Source of the DNA: Spirochaetia bacterium
Lineage (GTDB): Bacteria; Spirochaetota; Spirochaetia; SZUA-6; Bin103
Direction: 5' to 3'
Assembly: GCA_965199955.1 (NCBI GenBank)
Contig: CBDATQ010000001.1
Span: forward strand, 1,728,001 to 1,792,000
Length of the DNA: 64,000 bases
Every line of letters starts with the position of its first letter. Position 1 is the first letter of the stretch. Positions 8,654 to 18,672 of the stretch are shown here, in pieces. A program made the position numbers and the translations under genes. Under the pieces are notes generated by a model. The model had not been told where the DNA came from and ran no database searches. It saw only the letters and a program-made list of their open reading frames with translations.

Positions 8654-9847
8654 TCAGGTCGTGAGGCCGGCCGCTCGGAGCGCGGGCGCGATCCAGTCGA
8701 CGCAGCGGGCGGGCGCCTCGGCGTAGTTGTAGAACCCGATCGCGTGGGCGCCGGCATCTGCCACGGCACGCACGCTGTCGACCATCGCCTGCTCGGTGAC
8801 GATCGGCATGCCGTACTGCGGGCCGCCGTAGAAGCCCATGCGGAGCAGCACGATCAGCTCCTGGCCACCGTCGAGCCCGGCGCGGGCGTCGCGGGCGATC
8901 TGTGCGGTCCGGTGCGGCGGCTGGCCGTATGCGCCGCCCATCACCAGTTGAACCGACGGATCGGCCGAGCCCATCAGCCGCACGCCGTGCGGCTCGGCCT
9001 CCCGCCTGAACTCCTGAAGCAGCCGCGCCTCGTTTGCCCCAAGCGAGCGTTCGTAGTCGTCCAGGGCAGGATGCAGGCGGTGGAACGCCTCCAGCGTATC
9101 GGGCAGATCCGCGGGCGCGTCGGGCGCGGCCGCCAGGTAGGATTCCAGGTGCTCGCGCATGGCGGCCCGCAGCGCCGCCGCGTCGACGCCGTCACGCTCC
9201 GCGCCGGCCATGTCCTCCGGGTTGAACGACACGTCCAGCAAGGCGGTCTCCAGCTCGCGCAGGTGCGTCCCCTGCCGCTCGTGGTGATGGCCGCCGACCC
9301 AGGAGCCGCCGTGGGCGCGGGCGCGGTAGTCGGCCGCCTCCAGCATGATCGTGTCCAGCGGATAACGGGACAGGTCGCGGATCACGCCGCGGGCGAACGC
9401 CGCCGCCGTGGGGTGGCCGGGCGTGAGCGCGTGCGGGTAGCTGTCGCCGAACGCGTTGTGGATGGTCAGCTCCGGGTGGGCCAGGCCGATGCGCGAGTTG
9501 TGCAGCAGCACCGTCCACGAGCACATCCGCAGTCCGGCGCGCGTAGCCGCCTGGCAGATGTCGCCGAACAGGTCCCGCCCGTTGCTGACGGCGGCGATCT
9601 GCGGCGTGAGGCCCTCGGGGTAGCACTCCGGGTCCGGACGGTAGTAGGCGACCCCGTCCTCCAGCATGTGCACCTTGCGGCGCGGGTTGTGAGGATAGAA
9701 GAAGAAACCGGCGTGGTAGAGGCTGGCCACCGCCAGATGGGTGACGCCGAGGTCGCGGGCGCGGCCGACGAGATCCTCGATTCCTTCGTCGACGAAGTCC
9801 CACGGATAGCAGAACAGGTACGCTGCTCGCAGATTGGCCGGGCTCAT
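8654..9847 (-). CDS. Uncharacterised TIM-barrel / glycoside-hydrolase-like protein
   Basis: YPWD, ASLYHAG, WTVLLHNSRIG, NAFGD and HHHER motifs; overlaps the upstream enolase-family gene by 4 nt. Confidence 0.7.
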   Translation of the reverse strand: MSPANLRAAYLFCYPWDFVDEGIEDLVGRARDLGVTHLAVASLYHAGFFFYPHNPRRKVHMLEDGVAYYRPDPECYPEGLTPQIAAVSNGRDLFGDICQAATRAGLRMCSWTVLLHNSRIGLAHPELTIHNAFGDSYPHALTPGHPTAAAFARGVIRDLSRYPLDTIMLEAADYRARAHGGSWVGGHHHERQGTHLRELETALLDVSFNPEDMAGAERDGVDAAALRAAMREHLESYLAAAPDAPADLPDTLEAFHRLHPALDDYERSLGANEARLLQEFRREAEPHGVRLMGSADPSVQLVMGGAYGQPPHRTAQIARDARAGLDGGQELIVLLRMGFYGGPQYGMPIVTEQAMVDSVRAVADAGAHAIGFYNYAEAPARCVDWIAPALRAAGLTT

Positions 9848-10959
9848 GCCGCCGCCCCCTCGATCGGCGCGCTGTAGTGAGCCAGGGCATCCTGGTCCAG
9901 CTCGATCCCCAGGCCGGGAGCGTCCGGCACCACCAGCAGGCCGTCCTCGAACGGGATCGGATCGACGATCAGGTCGTCCTCGCGTAGCAGGCTGCCGATG
10001 ATGTCGCACGGCAGCTCGCACCCGGCCGCCGCCGCGGCGTGCACGCTCGACATGTCGCGCACCCCCAGGTCGACGCCGGTGCCGCGCCAGGTCGGCAGCC
10101 CGGCCTTGCGCGTGAGGGTCGCCCACTCCACGAACTCCTTGAGGGGGCCGAGGAGGTTGTAGCAATCGGCGGCCTCCGCGCGGACCGCCGGCAGCAGGTC
10201 GGTGATCGAGGTCAGGTGCAGCGCCACCGGCTGCGGGATGGTCCCGCGCACTTCGGCGTACCAGTCAAGGCGGTCCTGCGGCATGGGGCTCTCGAAGGTG
10301 ACGCGGTCCAGGCCGTCCAGCGAGCGCGACACCTCGCGCGTGCCCTCTGGATGGTGGAACCGTTCGTTGGGGTCGAGCACGATCGGGAAGTGAGGGGCCA
10401 CCTCGCGAACGGCCGCCACGCGCTCCGCGATCGGGTCGCCGAGCGCGCACTTCATCTTCATGCCGCGGAAGCCCAAATCGAGTCCGGTCTGCGCCCGCGC
10501 GGCGGTGTCTTCCGGCGTCCCGCGACCCATCCAGAAGTCCACCGGGACGCGGTCGATCTTCTTGCCGCCCAGCAGGTGGTGGACCGGCACGCCCAGGTGC
10601 CTGCCGAGCAGGTCGAGCCACGCCATCTCGTACGCTTCGTAGATGATGTAGGACTCGTAGTCGTCCGAGTGGGGCAGCGGCAGGTTGCCGACCGGCAGGT
10701 CGATCAGCTCCTTGCCGATCAGCAGGTCGGCCTGCTCGCGCAGCGGGACGTACAGGTCGCCGCGGCGCGGCTCACCCAGCCCGACCAGGCCGCTGTCGGC
10801 CTCCAGCTCGATGATCCACTTGGGGAACTCCCAGAAGTTCAGCGAGCGGCCGGTCACCGGGTCGGGCGCGCACAGCTTGTCGTCCACCCCTTCCGAGTGC
10901 ACGACGCCCGGCCGCATCGGCACCACAACCTGATGAATCCGCACGTCGACGATCTTCAT
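9844..10959 (-). CDS. Mandelate racemase/muconate lactonising enzyme family protein
   Basis: EMAWLDLLGRHLGVPVHHLLGG, KMK, LDPNE, FESP and PDAPGLGIELD motifs. Confidence 0.88.
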   Translation of the reverse strand: MKIVDVRIHQVVVPMRPGVVHSEGVDDKLCAPDPVTGRSLNFWEFPKWIIELEADSGLVGLGEPRRGDLYVPLREQADLLIGKELIDLPVGNLPLPHSDDYESYIIYEAYEMAWLDLLGRHLGVPVHHLLGGKKIDRVPVDFWMGRGTPEDTAARAQTGLDLGFRGMKMKCALGDPIAERVAAVREVAPHFPIVLDPNERFHHPEGTREVSRSLDGLDRVTFESPMPQDRLDWYAEVRGTIPQPVALHLTSITDLLPAVRAEAADCYNLLGPLKEFVEWATLTRKAGLPTWRGTGVDLGVRDMSSVHAAAAAGCELPCDIIGSLLREDDLIVDPIPFEDGLLVVPDAPGLGIELDQDALAHYSAPIEGAAA

Positions 10960-10997
10960 CGCGTCAACCTCCCGCTTCCATAACTCTTCTTTGGATA

Positions 10998-11366
10998 TCA
11001 CAGCTTCGCGATCAGGTCGAAGTGGCTGTCGCAATGCAGGAGCGGCACGTCGTGATGGCGCGCGCACGAGGCCACAAGCAGATCGGTGACCGGAACGGTG
11101 ATGCCCCGATCGCGTGCCCCGGCCGCAAGCGTCACCGCGTGATCCCAGACGGCGACATCGATCTGTAGCGAAGGAATGCTCGCTTCCATCTCGCCCAGCA
11201 CGGTGCGCTCTCCCACACCGCGAGCGCCGTTCCATAGCTCGAGCCGTACCAGGGCGCACCAGGCAGCACCGCCTGCGGACAGAAGCGTCTCCACGCGCCG
11301 GCGGACCGCCACGTCACCGTCACGTCTGAGCTGTTCGATCCACGCGGACGTGTCGATGAGTGTCAT
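10998..11366 (-). CDS. vapC: PIN-domain toxin (VapC)
   Basis: LIDTSAWI, ELWNG, DLLVAS and LLHCDSHF acidic PIN motifs. Confidence 0.9.
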   Translation of the reverse strand: MTLIDTSAWIEQLRRDGDVAVRRRVETLLSAGGAAWCALVRLELWNGARGVGERTVLGEMEASIPSLQIDVAVWDHAVTLAAGARDRGITVPVTDLLVASCARHHDVPLLHCDSHFDLIAKL

Positions 11367-11372
11367 GCGCGC

Positions 11373-11591
11373 TCATGCGCCGCTGCTGCCGGCCTCGCTC
11401 AGCTCGGTTCGTTCCAGCGTCGTATTGTCGACGAAGTCACAGGTTCCGGAGTAACGGATCAGGCTGGCCATGCGGCGCCTCTGGTTGAACTCCCGCAGGG
11501 CGGTGACCACCGCCTCGCGCTTGGACTTTGCATTCAGGAACCGCATTGCATCATCGAGCTCGCTCGATGGAATATCAATCGTCGTCTTCAC
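11373..11591 (-). CDS. vapB: VapB-family antitoxin
   Basis: MKTTIDI...SKREAVVTALREF ribbon-helix-helix pattern directly upstream of vapC. Confidence 0.85.
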   Translation of the reverse strand: MKTTIDIPSSELDDAMRFLNAKSKREAVVTALREFNQRRRMASLIRYSGTCDFVDNTTLERTELSEAGSSGA

Positions 11592-11808
11592 GCATCCATA
11601 GTATGTCACAAAGCGCGATTGGACGATCCCGCTCTGGAACCCTTCCAGATGGGCCCCAAGCCCCCAGTCACGGCGCATGTTGAAGCGCGACGGACCTGCC
11701 TGCGTTTAACCAGGCGAGCGTGGGCCGCCGCGGCCCATCTGGTTGACGGCCTGCGCCGCGGAGCGTTAGAACGAGGGAGGAAGCCATGACTCGAGACGAG
11801 GCGCGAAC

Positions 11809-12150
11809 GTGAGCGCCGAATTGATCGGCATCCTGGCGGTAGGGGTCGCGCTGGCTTCGCTCATGCTGACCGCCTTGCGCGCTGTCCGCACCGACTTGCG
11901 GCGCGAAATCGCCCGGGAAACGGGAACGGTGTGCAACGAGCTGCGCGGCGAGATCCATGCTGCGCGCGACGAGTTGCGCGACGAGCTGCGCGCGGACATC
12001 CGCGGCCTCGACGACCGGATGCGCACGCAGGAGCGTGGGCTGGCGCGACTCGAAGGACTCCTGGAAGGATTGCGCGAGGCGGTGTTGGTGCGCGCTGCCC
12101 CTTGGCCCACCGCCTCGGAGCCCCGGCGCAGCACAGAAGCCCAAGGCTGA
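11809..12150 (+). CDS. Small membrane-anchored coiled-coil protein
   Basis: Hydrophobic N-terminus followed by ELRxEI/ELRADI heptads and LARLEGLLEGLREA. Confidence 0.7.
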   Translation: MSAELIGILAVGVALASLMLTALRAVRTDLRREIARETGTVCNELRGEIHAARDELRDELRADIRGLDDRMRTQERGLARLEGLLEGLREAVLVRAAPWPTASEPRRSTEAQG

Positions 12151-12191
12151 CCGACATCCGTCAGCCCCCTGATTGCCCCCGATACGCGCCG

Positions 12192-14090
12192 CTATGGCGA
12201 CACCGGGGTCTGCCAGGTGCCGTCGAAGTCGGGTGATCCGAGGATGCGGTAGCGCTCGCACGGCAGGTCGAATTCGGCGGCGATGCCGCAGGCGAACTCC
12301 GTGCGCTGCAGCGTGCCGTCCGGAGAGAGCAGCCGGTGGGCGGTCATCTCCGACAGGGCAATCGAGCGGTAGAACGCGCGCCACGTTCGCAGCCACTCGA
12401 GTGCGCGTGCCGTGCGGCCGCTCCGCCAGTCGGCGACCGGGACCGGGTAGCCGTCACGCGGCGACAGCATCCAGTTCCAGGACGGCGGCGCCCCATACAT
12501 CAGCTCATAGAGCCGGTGCGAGCGGCTGGGGAACCAGTCGTAGAACGCTCCCTGGCCGGGGTCGCCGGAGAAACCGGACATGCAGCAGTCGTGGAACACG
12601 AGCTGGCACAACGGGATCGGCTCGCCCACCGGCCGATGCTCGGCGGCCTCGTCCTCCACGCGGGCGCTCAGCCGGTGGCCGCTCCAGTCCGTAAAGAAGA
12701 AGTGGTCGCAGTGCGGGATGGCCCAGAACTGGCGCAGCTCACCGGCCGGGATGATCCCCCGCCGGCGCGTCTCGTCGAAACAGGCCTGCTGGTGCTCGAA
12801 CACCTGCCGGCGCGTCACCGGATGATCAGGCGAGAAGTTGCGCGGCGGAATGCTGGCCGCCGTGTATCCGTCGAAGTAAAGCACGTCGAAGGGGAGGCCT
12901 CGCTCCTCCAGGCCGTCCAGCGCCTCAGAGGTGATCGCGAGCGCCGCGTGGGTGCCGAGATGGTCCGAGCGGGATCCGTCGGCGTTCACCGCCCAGAACG
13001 ACTCGTCATAGCCCGTGACGCCGGGGCTCTGCTCGCACGGGCGGATGAACCCCTGCGTGAGGCAGCCCAGCCCGCGCGCGCGGTTGGCGAAGTCGACCAT
13101 CGGCGCCCAGCCGCCGTCACCGGGCTCGTCGACCAGGAACGCCTGGTGGTTCTGGATCGGCGGCCGCCCGTCCGGACCGCCCCACTTGGGGTAGAACAGG
13201 TTGGCGCCGATTCCCATCGACCGTAACCGGCGGAGGTCACCGAGCACCCGCTCCGCGTCCGCGCCGTTCCACTCCGTCCAGCGGAACAGGACGTTGCCGG
13301 CGTACTCGCGAATGCGGGGCGATTCGTCCGCCTTCTCCTCCAGGGTTCGCACCAGTCCCTGCCGCCGCGCGGCGGCGCGGTAGCGCTTGGCCATCGCCAC
13401 GTAGTCCAGATCGCGCGCGAAGTGGAGAAGCAGCCGCCGGGGATAGGCGAGGATGCCCAACTCGTCCGCCGACGAGAAGTCCAGGATCGACCGGTCGCCC
13501 GGCAGGTGGTGGGCGCGGACCTCGGCGTCCCACCACGTGTCCACCGTGGCGCACAGCCCCGCGCCGTCGCGCGTCAGGCCGAAGATCGGCAGCGACCAGC
13601 GCCCGCCGACCTGGATCGGTTCCGGCCCGCGGCCGGGCAGCGCGTCCGGGCAGTCGGCCGGAACCAGGTACCCGGAGCCGTGCGGGAGGACCAGGCAGCC
13701 GCCCTGCGCGGCCGGCCGCTCGAAGCGGTAGAGGTGCTCGACGCGCTGTACGGCGTGCTCGCCGCCCGTCTGTTCGATCTCGATCAGAAGCTCGTCGTCG
13801 TCCGCGTCGAGGCCGATGCCCAGCTCCAGCGCCACGTCCGCGCCGGGATAGTCGGAGAGCGTCATGCGCTGACCGCGGTAGCGTCCGTCGGCGAAGGGAT
13901 GCGCCGAGCGCTGCCGCGCGTCGGCCAGGCCGAAGCGCGGCGCTGGCCCATGGCCGGTGTCGGCGCAGAACGCCGGCGGCAGCAGGCGCGAGCTCTCCCA
14001 CAGCGGCTCGCCGTCGAGCCCGGACACCGTGAGCCGCAGCGCGTCGTCGATCGCGATCCTGACGCCGCGGCCCTGAAGGTTCACCGTCAT
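12192..14090 (-). CDS. Putative glycoside hydrolase (GH101/GH129-like TIM barrel)
   Basis: 632 aa; LVLPHGSGYLVP, WSLPIFG, DYVAMAKRYR, YFDG and PIPLCQLVFHDC motifs; last gene of the sugar ABC operon. Confidence 0.6.
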   Translation of the reverse strand: MTVNLQGRGVRIAIDDALRLTVSGLDGEPLWESSRLLPPAFCADTGHGPAPRFGLADARQRSAHPFADGRYRGQRMTLSDYPGADVALELGIGLDADDDELLIEIEQTGGEHAVQRVEHLYRFERPAAQGGCLVLPHGSGYLVPADCPDALPGRGPEPIQVGGRWSLPIFGLTRDGAGLCATVDTWWDAEVRAHHLPGDRSILDFSSADELGILAYPRRLLLHFARDLDYVAMAKRYRAAARRQGLVRTLEEKADESPRIREYAGNVLFRWTEWNGADAERVLGDLRRLRSMGIGANLFYPKWGGPDGRPPIQNHQAFLVDEPGDGGWAPMVDFANRARGLGCLTQGFIRPCEQSPGVTGYDESFWAVNADGSRSDHLGTHAALAITSEALDGLEERGLPFDVLYFDGYTAASIPPRNFSPDHPVTRRQVFEHQQACFDETRRRGIIPAGELRQFWAIPHCDHFFFTDWSGHRLSARVEDEAAEHRPVGEPIPLCQLVFHDCCMSGFSGDPGQGAFYDWFPSRSHRLYELMYGAPPSWNWMLSPRDGYPVPVADWRSGRTARALEWLRTWRAFYRSIALSEMTAHRLLSPDGTLQRTEFACGIAAEFDLPCERYRILGSPDFDGTWQTPVSP

Positions 14091-14100
14091 CGGGGCAGCG

Positions 14101-15093
14101 TCAACCGGCGGCGTCCAGCGCTTCCAGCAGACCGCGCAGGTACCCGATCGCGAACAGCCGGCCCTTCATCATGTAGCCGGGGTGGTCGTTGGACTCGCCG
14201 GCCATGGTGGGCACGTGATCGGGACGGACCGGGCCGTCGAAGCCGACCTCCCGGTAGGCGCGCAGGGCCGCGGCCATGTCGGTCGGGCCGTCGTCCTGGA
14301 AGGTCTCGACGAAGCGCGAAGCGGTGCCGAGCACGTCGCGGAAGTGCACGAAGAAGATCTTGCGCCCCGCGCCGAAGCGGCGGATCGCCGCCGGTATGTC
14401 GGCGCCCATGGCCGTGAAGTTGCCCTGGCAGAACGTAACGCCGTTGCACGGGCTCGGCACCAGGTTGATGGCGCGTTCCATGTTCGCGACGCTGCGCATG
14501 ATCCGGCCGACGCCGCGGATCGGCGACAGCGGCGGGTCGTCGGGATGCAGCGCCAGTTTCACCCCGTTCGCCTCCGCCACCGGCACGACCCGCTCGCTGA
14601 ACCAGGCGAAGTTCTCCCAGAGTTGCTCCTCGCTGATCAGCAGCCCGTCGGGGCCGGGCGTCAGGCCTTCCGCCGCGGCGCGCCCGCGCGCCTCCATCGC
14701 GGCGTGGTCGTAGGCCGATGACAGCGCGCCGCCGCGCACCGGGACCGCCATGTCGGTGCGCAGCCAGCCGAACACGGCCATGAAGTTCCAGCAGACCGCC
14801 TCCACGCCCGCGGCAGCCAGGTGCTCGAGCATCCGGCAGAAGCGTTCGGCCTCGCGGTCGCGCCCCGGCAGTCCGAGCTTCGCGTCCTCCATCGGCGTCG
14901 GTCCCTCGACCACCGACAGGCGCAACCCGGCGCCGGCGGCCCGTTCGCACAGCCGGTCCAGCGCCTCGCAGTCGGCCGCCGGTGTCCCGTCGGCGCCCAG
15001 CGGAACGCCGCACACCAAGTCGGTGACGCCCATCTGGCGGGCCAGTTCCCACCGTTCGCCCGGCTCGCCCGGCATGTGCAGCGCCAGTCTCAT
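14101..15093 (-). CDS. uxuA: Mannonate dehydratase-like protein
   Basis: CWNFMAVFGWLRT, LALHPDDPP, VHFRDV and RPDHVP motifs. Confidence 0.88.
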   Translation of the reverse strand: MRLALHMPGEPGERWELARQMGVTDLVCGVPLGADGTPAADCEALDRLCERAAGAGLRLSVVEGPTPMEDAKLGLPGRDREAERFCRMLEHLAAAGVEAVCWNFMAVFGWLRTDMAVPVRGGALSSAYDHAAMEARGRAAAEGLTPGPDGLLISEEQLWENFAWFSERVVPVAEANGVKLALHPDDPPLSPIRGVGRIMRSVANMERAINLVPSPCNGVTFCQGNFTAMGADIPAAIRRFGAGRKIFFVHFRDVLGTASRFVETFQDDGPTDMAAALRAYREVGFDGPVRPDHVPTMAGESNDHPGYMMKGRLFAIGYLRGLLEALDAAG

Positions 15094-15111
15094 CCCATCA
15101 TTCCTGGGCCG

Positions 15112-16008
15112 TCATCCCTTGATGGAGCCGACCATCACGCCCTTGGCGAAATGCTTCTGGATGAACGGATAAAGGATCATCATCGGCACGCTGGCAACGA
15201 CGATAAGCGCGAACTTGAGTGTCTGCAAGATCTCCGTGCTCTCCATCAGCGTGCGGATGTCGATGTCTCCCCCCGCCATGGCCTGCGCGATGATGCTCTC
15301 GTTGATGATCAGGATCCGCGCCAGCACGAGCTGCAGCGGGAACTTCGACTCGTCGAACAGGTACAGCAGGGCATTGAAGTAGGTGTTCCAGTGGTCGATG
15401 GCGTACCATAGCACCAGCACCGCCAGGATCGGCCGCGACAGCGGCATCACCACCTGGGCGAGGAAGCGGAGGTCCGAGCAGCCGTCGATCTCCGACGCCT
15501 CGGTGAGCTCCTGCGGCAGGTTGGCGAAGTAGGTGCGCGCGACGATGGTGTTCCAGATGGACAGGCCGGCCGGCAGGATGACCGCCCAGCGCGTGTTGAC
15601 CAGGCCCAGCGAGTTGACCACCAGGAACGTCGGCACGATGCCGCCCCGGAAGAACATCGGGATGAGCACGAAGATGCCGATGATCGCCAGTCCGCGCAGG
15701 TCCTTTCGCGACAGGGGATAGGCCAGGCACACGGTCAGCACCAGGTTGAGCGAGGTGCCGGTCGTCACGTAGAACAGGCTGTTGAGTAAGCCGGAGAGCA
15801 CCAGCTTGTAGCGGAAGATGCGCTCGTAGCTCAGCAGCGTGAAGCCGCGCGGATAGACGGTGACGTCGCCGGCCAGGATGTGGTCGGAGCTGGAGAACGA
15901 GGAGGCGACCACGTTCAGCACCGGGACGACGATGAGCAGGCCGACGGTGACGAGCAGCAGCGTGTTGAAGACGTCGAACGCGCGGTCGCCGGCGCCCTCG
16001 CTACGCAT
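15112..16008 (-). CDS. Carbohydrate ABC transporter permease
   Basis: ELTEASEIDG (EAA loop), WNTYF and YPFIQKHFAKG. Confidence 0.92.
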   Translation of the reverse strand: MRSEGAGDRAFDVFNTLLLVTVGLLIVVPVLNVVASSFSSSDHILAGDVTVYPRGFTLLSYERIFRYKLVLSGLLNSLFYVTTGTSLNLVLTVCLAYPLSRKDLRGLAIIGIFVLIPMFFRGGIVPTFLVVNSLGLVNTRWAVILPAGLSIWNTIVARTYFANLPQELTEASEIDGCSDLRFLAQVVMPLSRPILAVLVLWYAIDHWNTYFNALLYLFDESKFPLQLVLARILIINESIIAQAMAGGDIDIRTLMESTEILQTLKFALIVVASVPMMILYPFIQKHFAKGVMVGSIKG

Positions 16009-16025
16009 CGCGCGGCGCAGGCCGG

Positions 16026-16979
16026 CTACCACAGGCTGATCTCCGAAAGCCGCCTGGAGACCAGGTTGGCTGACACGATGAGCACCAGGTTGATCACGCC
16101 GTTGAACAGGTCCACGGCCGCGCCCAGGCTGTAGTTGGTGTTCAGGACCCCGACCTTGTAGACGTAGGTGGCGATGATCTCCGAGGAGGCCAGGTTGAGG
16201 GGGTTCTGCAGCAGGTACACCTTCTCGAACCCCAGCGTCATCGCGCTGCCGATCTCCAGGATCAGCAGGATGACGATGGTGGCGCGGATGCCGGGGATGT
16301 CGACGTTCCGGATCTTCTGCAGCTTCGATGCGCCGTCGATCCGCGCCGCGTCGTAGAGCTCGACGTCCACCGCGGACAAGGCGGCGATGTAGATGACCGC
16401 CGCGAAGCCCATGTGCTGCCACACTTCCGAAAGGGCGTAGATGATCGCGAAGTACGACGGATCGGCGATCAGGCTGACCGTCTCCATCCCGAACAGGTCG
16501 AAGAAGAAGCCGATGAACCCGAAGCGCGGATCCAGGAACGTCAGGATCATCCCCGCCATCACCACGGTCGAGATGAAGTGCGGTGCGAAGGCGATCGTCT
16601 GGACCGCGCGCCGCAGCTTCATCCAGCGCATCTCGTTCAGCGCGAGCGCCAGGACGATCGCTGCCGGAAACGCGAAGGCGATGCGCACGAACGCGATGAC
16701 GACGGTGTTGCGGACGATATTCCAGAACTGGAACGATCCCAACAGGCGCTCGAACTCCCGGAATCCGACCCAGGGACTGCCGTGGATGCCCTTGAGCACG
16801 CTGAAGTTCTTGAACGCGATCACCACGCCATACATCGGCGCGTACAGGAAGATCAGCATCCAGGCGATCGGGATCGCCATCAGCAGGTAGAGCTGCCAGT
16901 GCTTCCTGAAAACGGTCGAGAAGGGCCGCTTGCCGATGCGCGGCCGTCCCAGGGCGGGTCGCCGCTCAGACAGCGTCAT
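16026..16979 (-). CDS. Carbohydrate ABC transporter permease (LplB-like)
   Basis: ELYDAARIDGAS EAA loop, PHFISTVV and GFEKVYLLQN. Confidence 0.92.
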   Translation of the reverse strand: MTLSERRPALGRPRIGKRPFSTVFRKHWQLYLLMAIPIAWMLIFLYAPMYGVVIAFKNFSVLKGIHGSPWVGFREFERLLGSFQFWNIVRNTVVIAFVRIAFAFPAAIVLALALNEMRWMKLRRAVQTIAFAPHFISTVVMAGMILTFLDPRFGFIGFFFDLFGMETVSLIADPSYFAIIYALSEVWQHMGFAAVIYIAALSAVDVELYDAARIDGASKLQKIRNVDIPGIRATIVILLILEIGSAMTLGFEKVYLLQNPLNLASSEIIATYVYKVGVLNTNYSLGAAVDLFNGVINLVLIVSANLVSRRLSEISLW

Positions 16980-17005
16980 GGACGCTCTTGATGTGACGAA
17001 GGGGA

Positions 17006-17033
17006 CGGGAGCCGCCGACGGCGGCGGCTCCCG
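17006..17033. terminator. Intercistronic stem-loop between the solute-binding protein and permease genes
   Basis: Perfect 12-bp stem CGGGAGCCGCCG-acgg-CGGCGGCTCCCG; no clear U-tract, so probably a transcript stabiliser or attenuator. Confidence 0.6.
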
Positions 17034-17055
17034 ATAAACACTTGAACCCTGAGCG

Positions 17056-18672
17056 TTACAGCGTGGCCTGCAGGATCGACGTGATCTCGGCCAGGCCGAT
17101 CTTGACCAGGTCGTTCACGTAGGCGTCCCAGTCGCTGTCCAGGTCGCGCTCTCCGGTCACGAACAGGGCGGCCTGCTGCTCGACGAAGGTGCGCAGCTCC
17201 GCGGAGATCTGCGCCACCCGGCGGGCGTCGTCCGGAGCCAGGTAGATGAAGTCCGAGAACATGCTGATGCCGGTCGCGTCCTTGACCGGCTCGTACACGT
17301 CCCTGGTGGACACGTTCAGGAGCCGCTCCAGCACGTTCACCTCGCCTTCGAAACCGATGCCGAAGCCGAAGTCCGGGGTCGGGAAGAAGACCGGGAACTC
17401 CCACTTGACGTCTCCGGTCCCAGGGCGCTCCAGGGCCACGACCGCGGCCTGCCCGCCCAGCACGTTCTCCTCGCCCGCTTCGGCCTTGCGCCACAGGTTG
17501 GCGCCGTGGGTGACGTGGTTGGAGCCCTCGAACGAGAAGGCCCAGTTCATGATCTGCATGGCGACGTCGATCTCCGCGTCACCGGCCTTGTCGGTGATGG
17601 AGAAGGTACCGGCCTCACCGCCCAGGCGGCGGGTGCCGAACGGATAGCCGGCCGCCGTCCGGATCCCGGTGGGTCCCCGCAGCGGCGGAAGCGGCGAGTA
17701 GTCCTCGGCCCGCGGGTTGCCCCCGCCGAACGCGACCATCGGGCCGCCGGCCGGGAAGGAGCCGATGACGACGTCCTTGGGATCGTCGCTGGATCCGCCC
17801 ATGGCGCTGAGCTGGTCGCCGGTCTGCACGAAGGCGTTGAGGTCGAGCGACCCTTCCTCGAACAGCCCGTTCATGAAGCGCAGCGCGTCACGCCAGCGGC
17901 CGTCGGCGTACGGGAAGTAGATTCGGTTGCCGTCCACACCGAACAGTTTGGTGCCGGAACCGGCGGCGACGTAGGGGACGAACGCCTGGCCGATGAAGTA
18001 GATCGGGTTGGTGTACCACCCGTTGGTCGCGCCGGTGAGCGGCACCTCGTCCTGCTGGCCGTTGCCGTTGGGATCCTGGGTCTTGAACGCGCGCAGCACG
18101 TCCGCGTACTCATCCGGCGTCGCCGGCATCTCCAGTCCCAGCTCGTCCAGCCACGCATGGTTGATCCAGAACTTCTGATAGATCGAGCAGTGGTAGCAGC
18201 CACCCGAGCCGCCGCCGGTCAGGACGTAGATGTTGCCGTCCGGAGCGGTGATCTCCTGCCGCAGCTTCGGGAACTCCCGGAACCCGCTCAGGATGTCCGG
18301 GGTGCTCTCCTCCGTCAGATAGGAGTTGAGCGGGATCAGGACCTTGCCCTCGACCCCGAACTCCAGCTCGTCGGCCGGCACGAACGGGGCGTTCATGAAG
18401 ACCGAGGGATACCTGCCGCTGGTCAGCAGCAGCGTGATCTGCTGCTTGGCGCCCTCCAGCGGGATGACGATGAAGTCGAACTCGACGTTGAACGTCTCTT
18501 CGATCAGGTCGGTGAGCCGGTTGTCCTCGATGGACGCGATCCAGGGCGGTTGCGTCGCGGCAGCGCTGAGCACGACGGGTCCGCCGCCTTCCGATTCGGC
18601 CTCCGTGGTCGCGGTCGCGAACAGCAGGGCCGCGACCGACAACAGCACTGGAACGAGAAAGAGCCTCTTCAT
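17056..18672 (-). CDS. ABC transporter extracellular solute-binding protein (carbohydrate)
   Basis: Signal peptide MKRLFLVPVLLSVAALLFA; PDGNIY, WINHAWLDELGLEMP and FKTQDPNGNG motifs; AGGAG RBS. Confidence 0.92.
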   Translation of the reverse strand: MKRLFLVPVLLSVAALLFATATTEAESEGGGPVVLSAAATQPPWIASIEDNRLTDLIEETFNVEFDFIVIPLEGAKQQITLLLTSGRYPSVFMNAPFVPADELEFGVEGKVLIPLNSYLTEESTPDILSGFREFPKLRQEITAPDGNIYVLTGGGSGGCYHCSIYQKFWINHAWLDELGLEMPATPDEYADVLRAFKTQDPNGNGQQDEVPLTGATNGWYTNPIYFIGQAFVPYVAAGSGTKLFGVDGNRIYFPYADGRWRDALRFMNGLFEEGSLDLNAFVQTGDQLSAMGGSSDDPKDVVIGSFPAGGPMVAFGGGNPRAEDYSPLPPLRGPTGIRTAAGYPFGTRRLGGEAGTFSITDKAGDAEIDVAMQIMNWAFSFEGSNHVTHGANLWRKAEAGEENVLGGQAAVVALERPGTGDVKWEFPVFFPTPDFGFGIGFEGEVNVLERLLNVSTRDVYEPVKDATGISMFSDFIYLAPDDARRVAQISAELRTFVEQQAALFVTGERDLDSDWDAYVNDLVKIGLAEITSILQATL

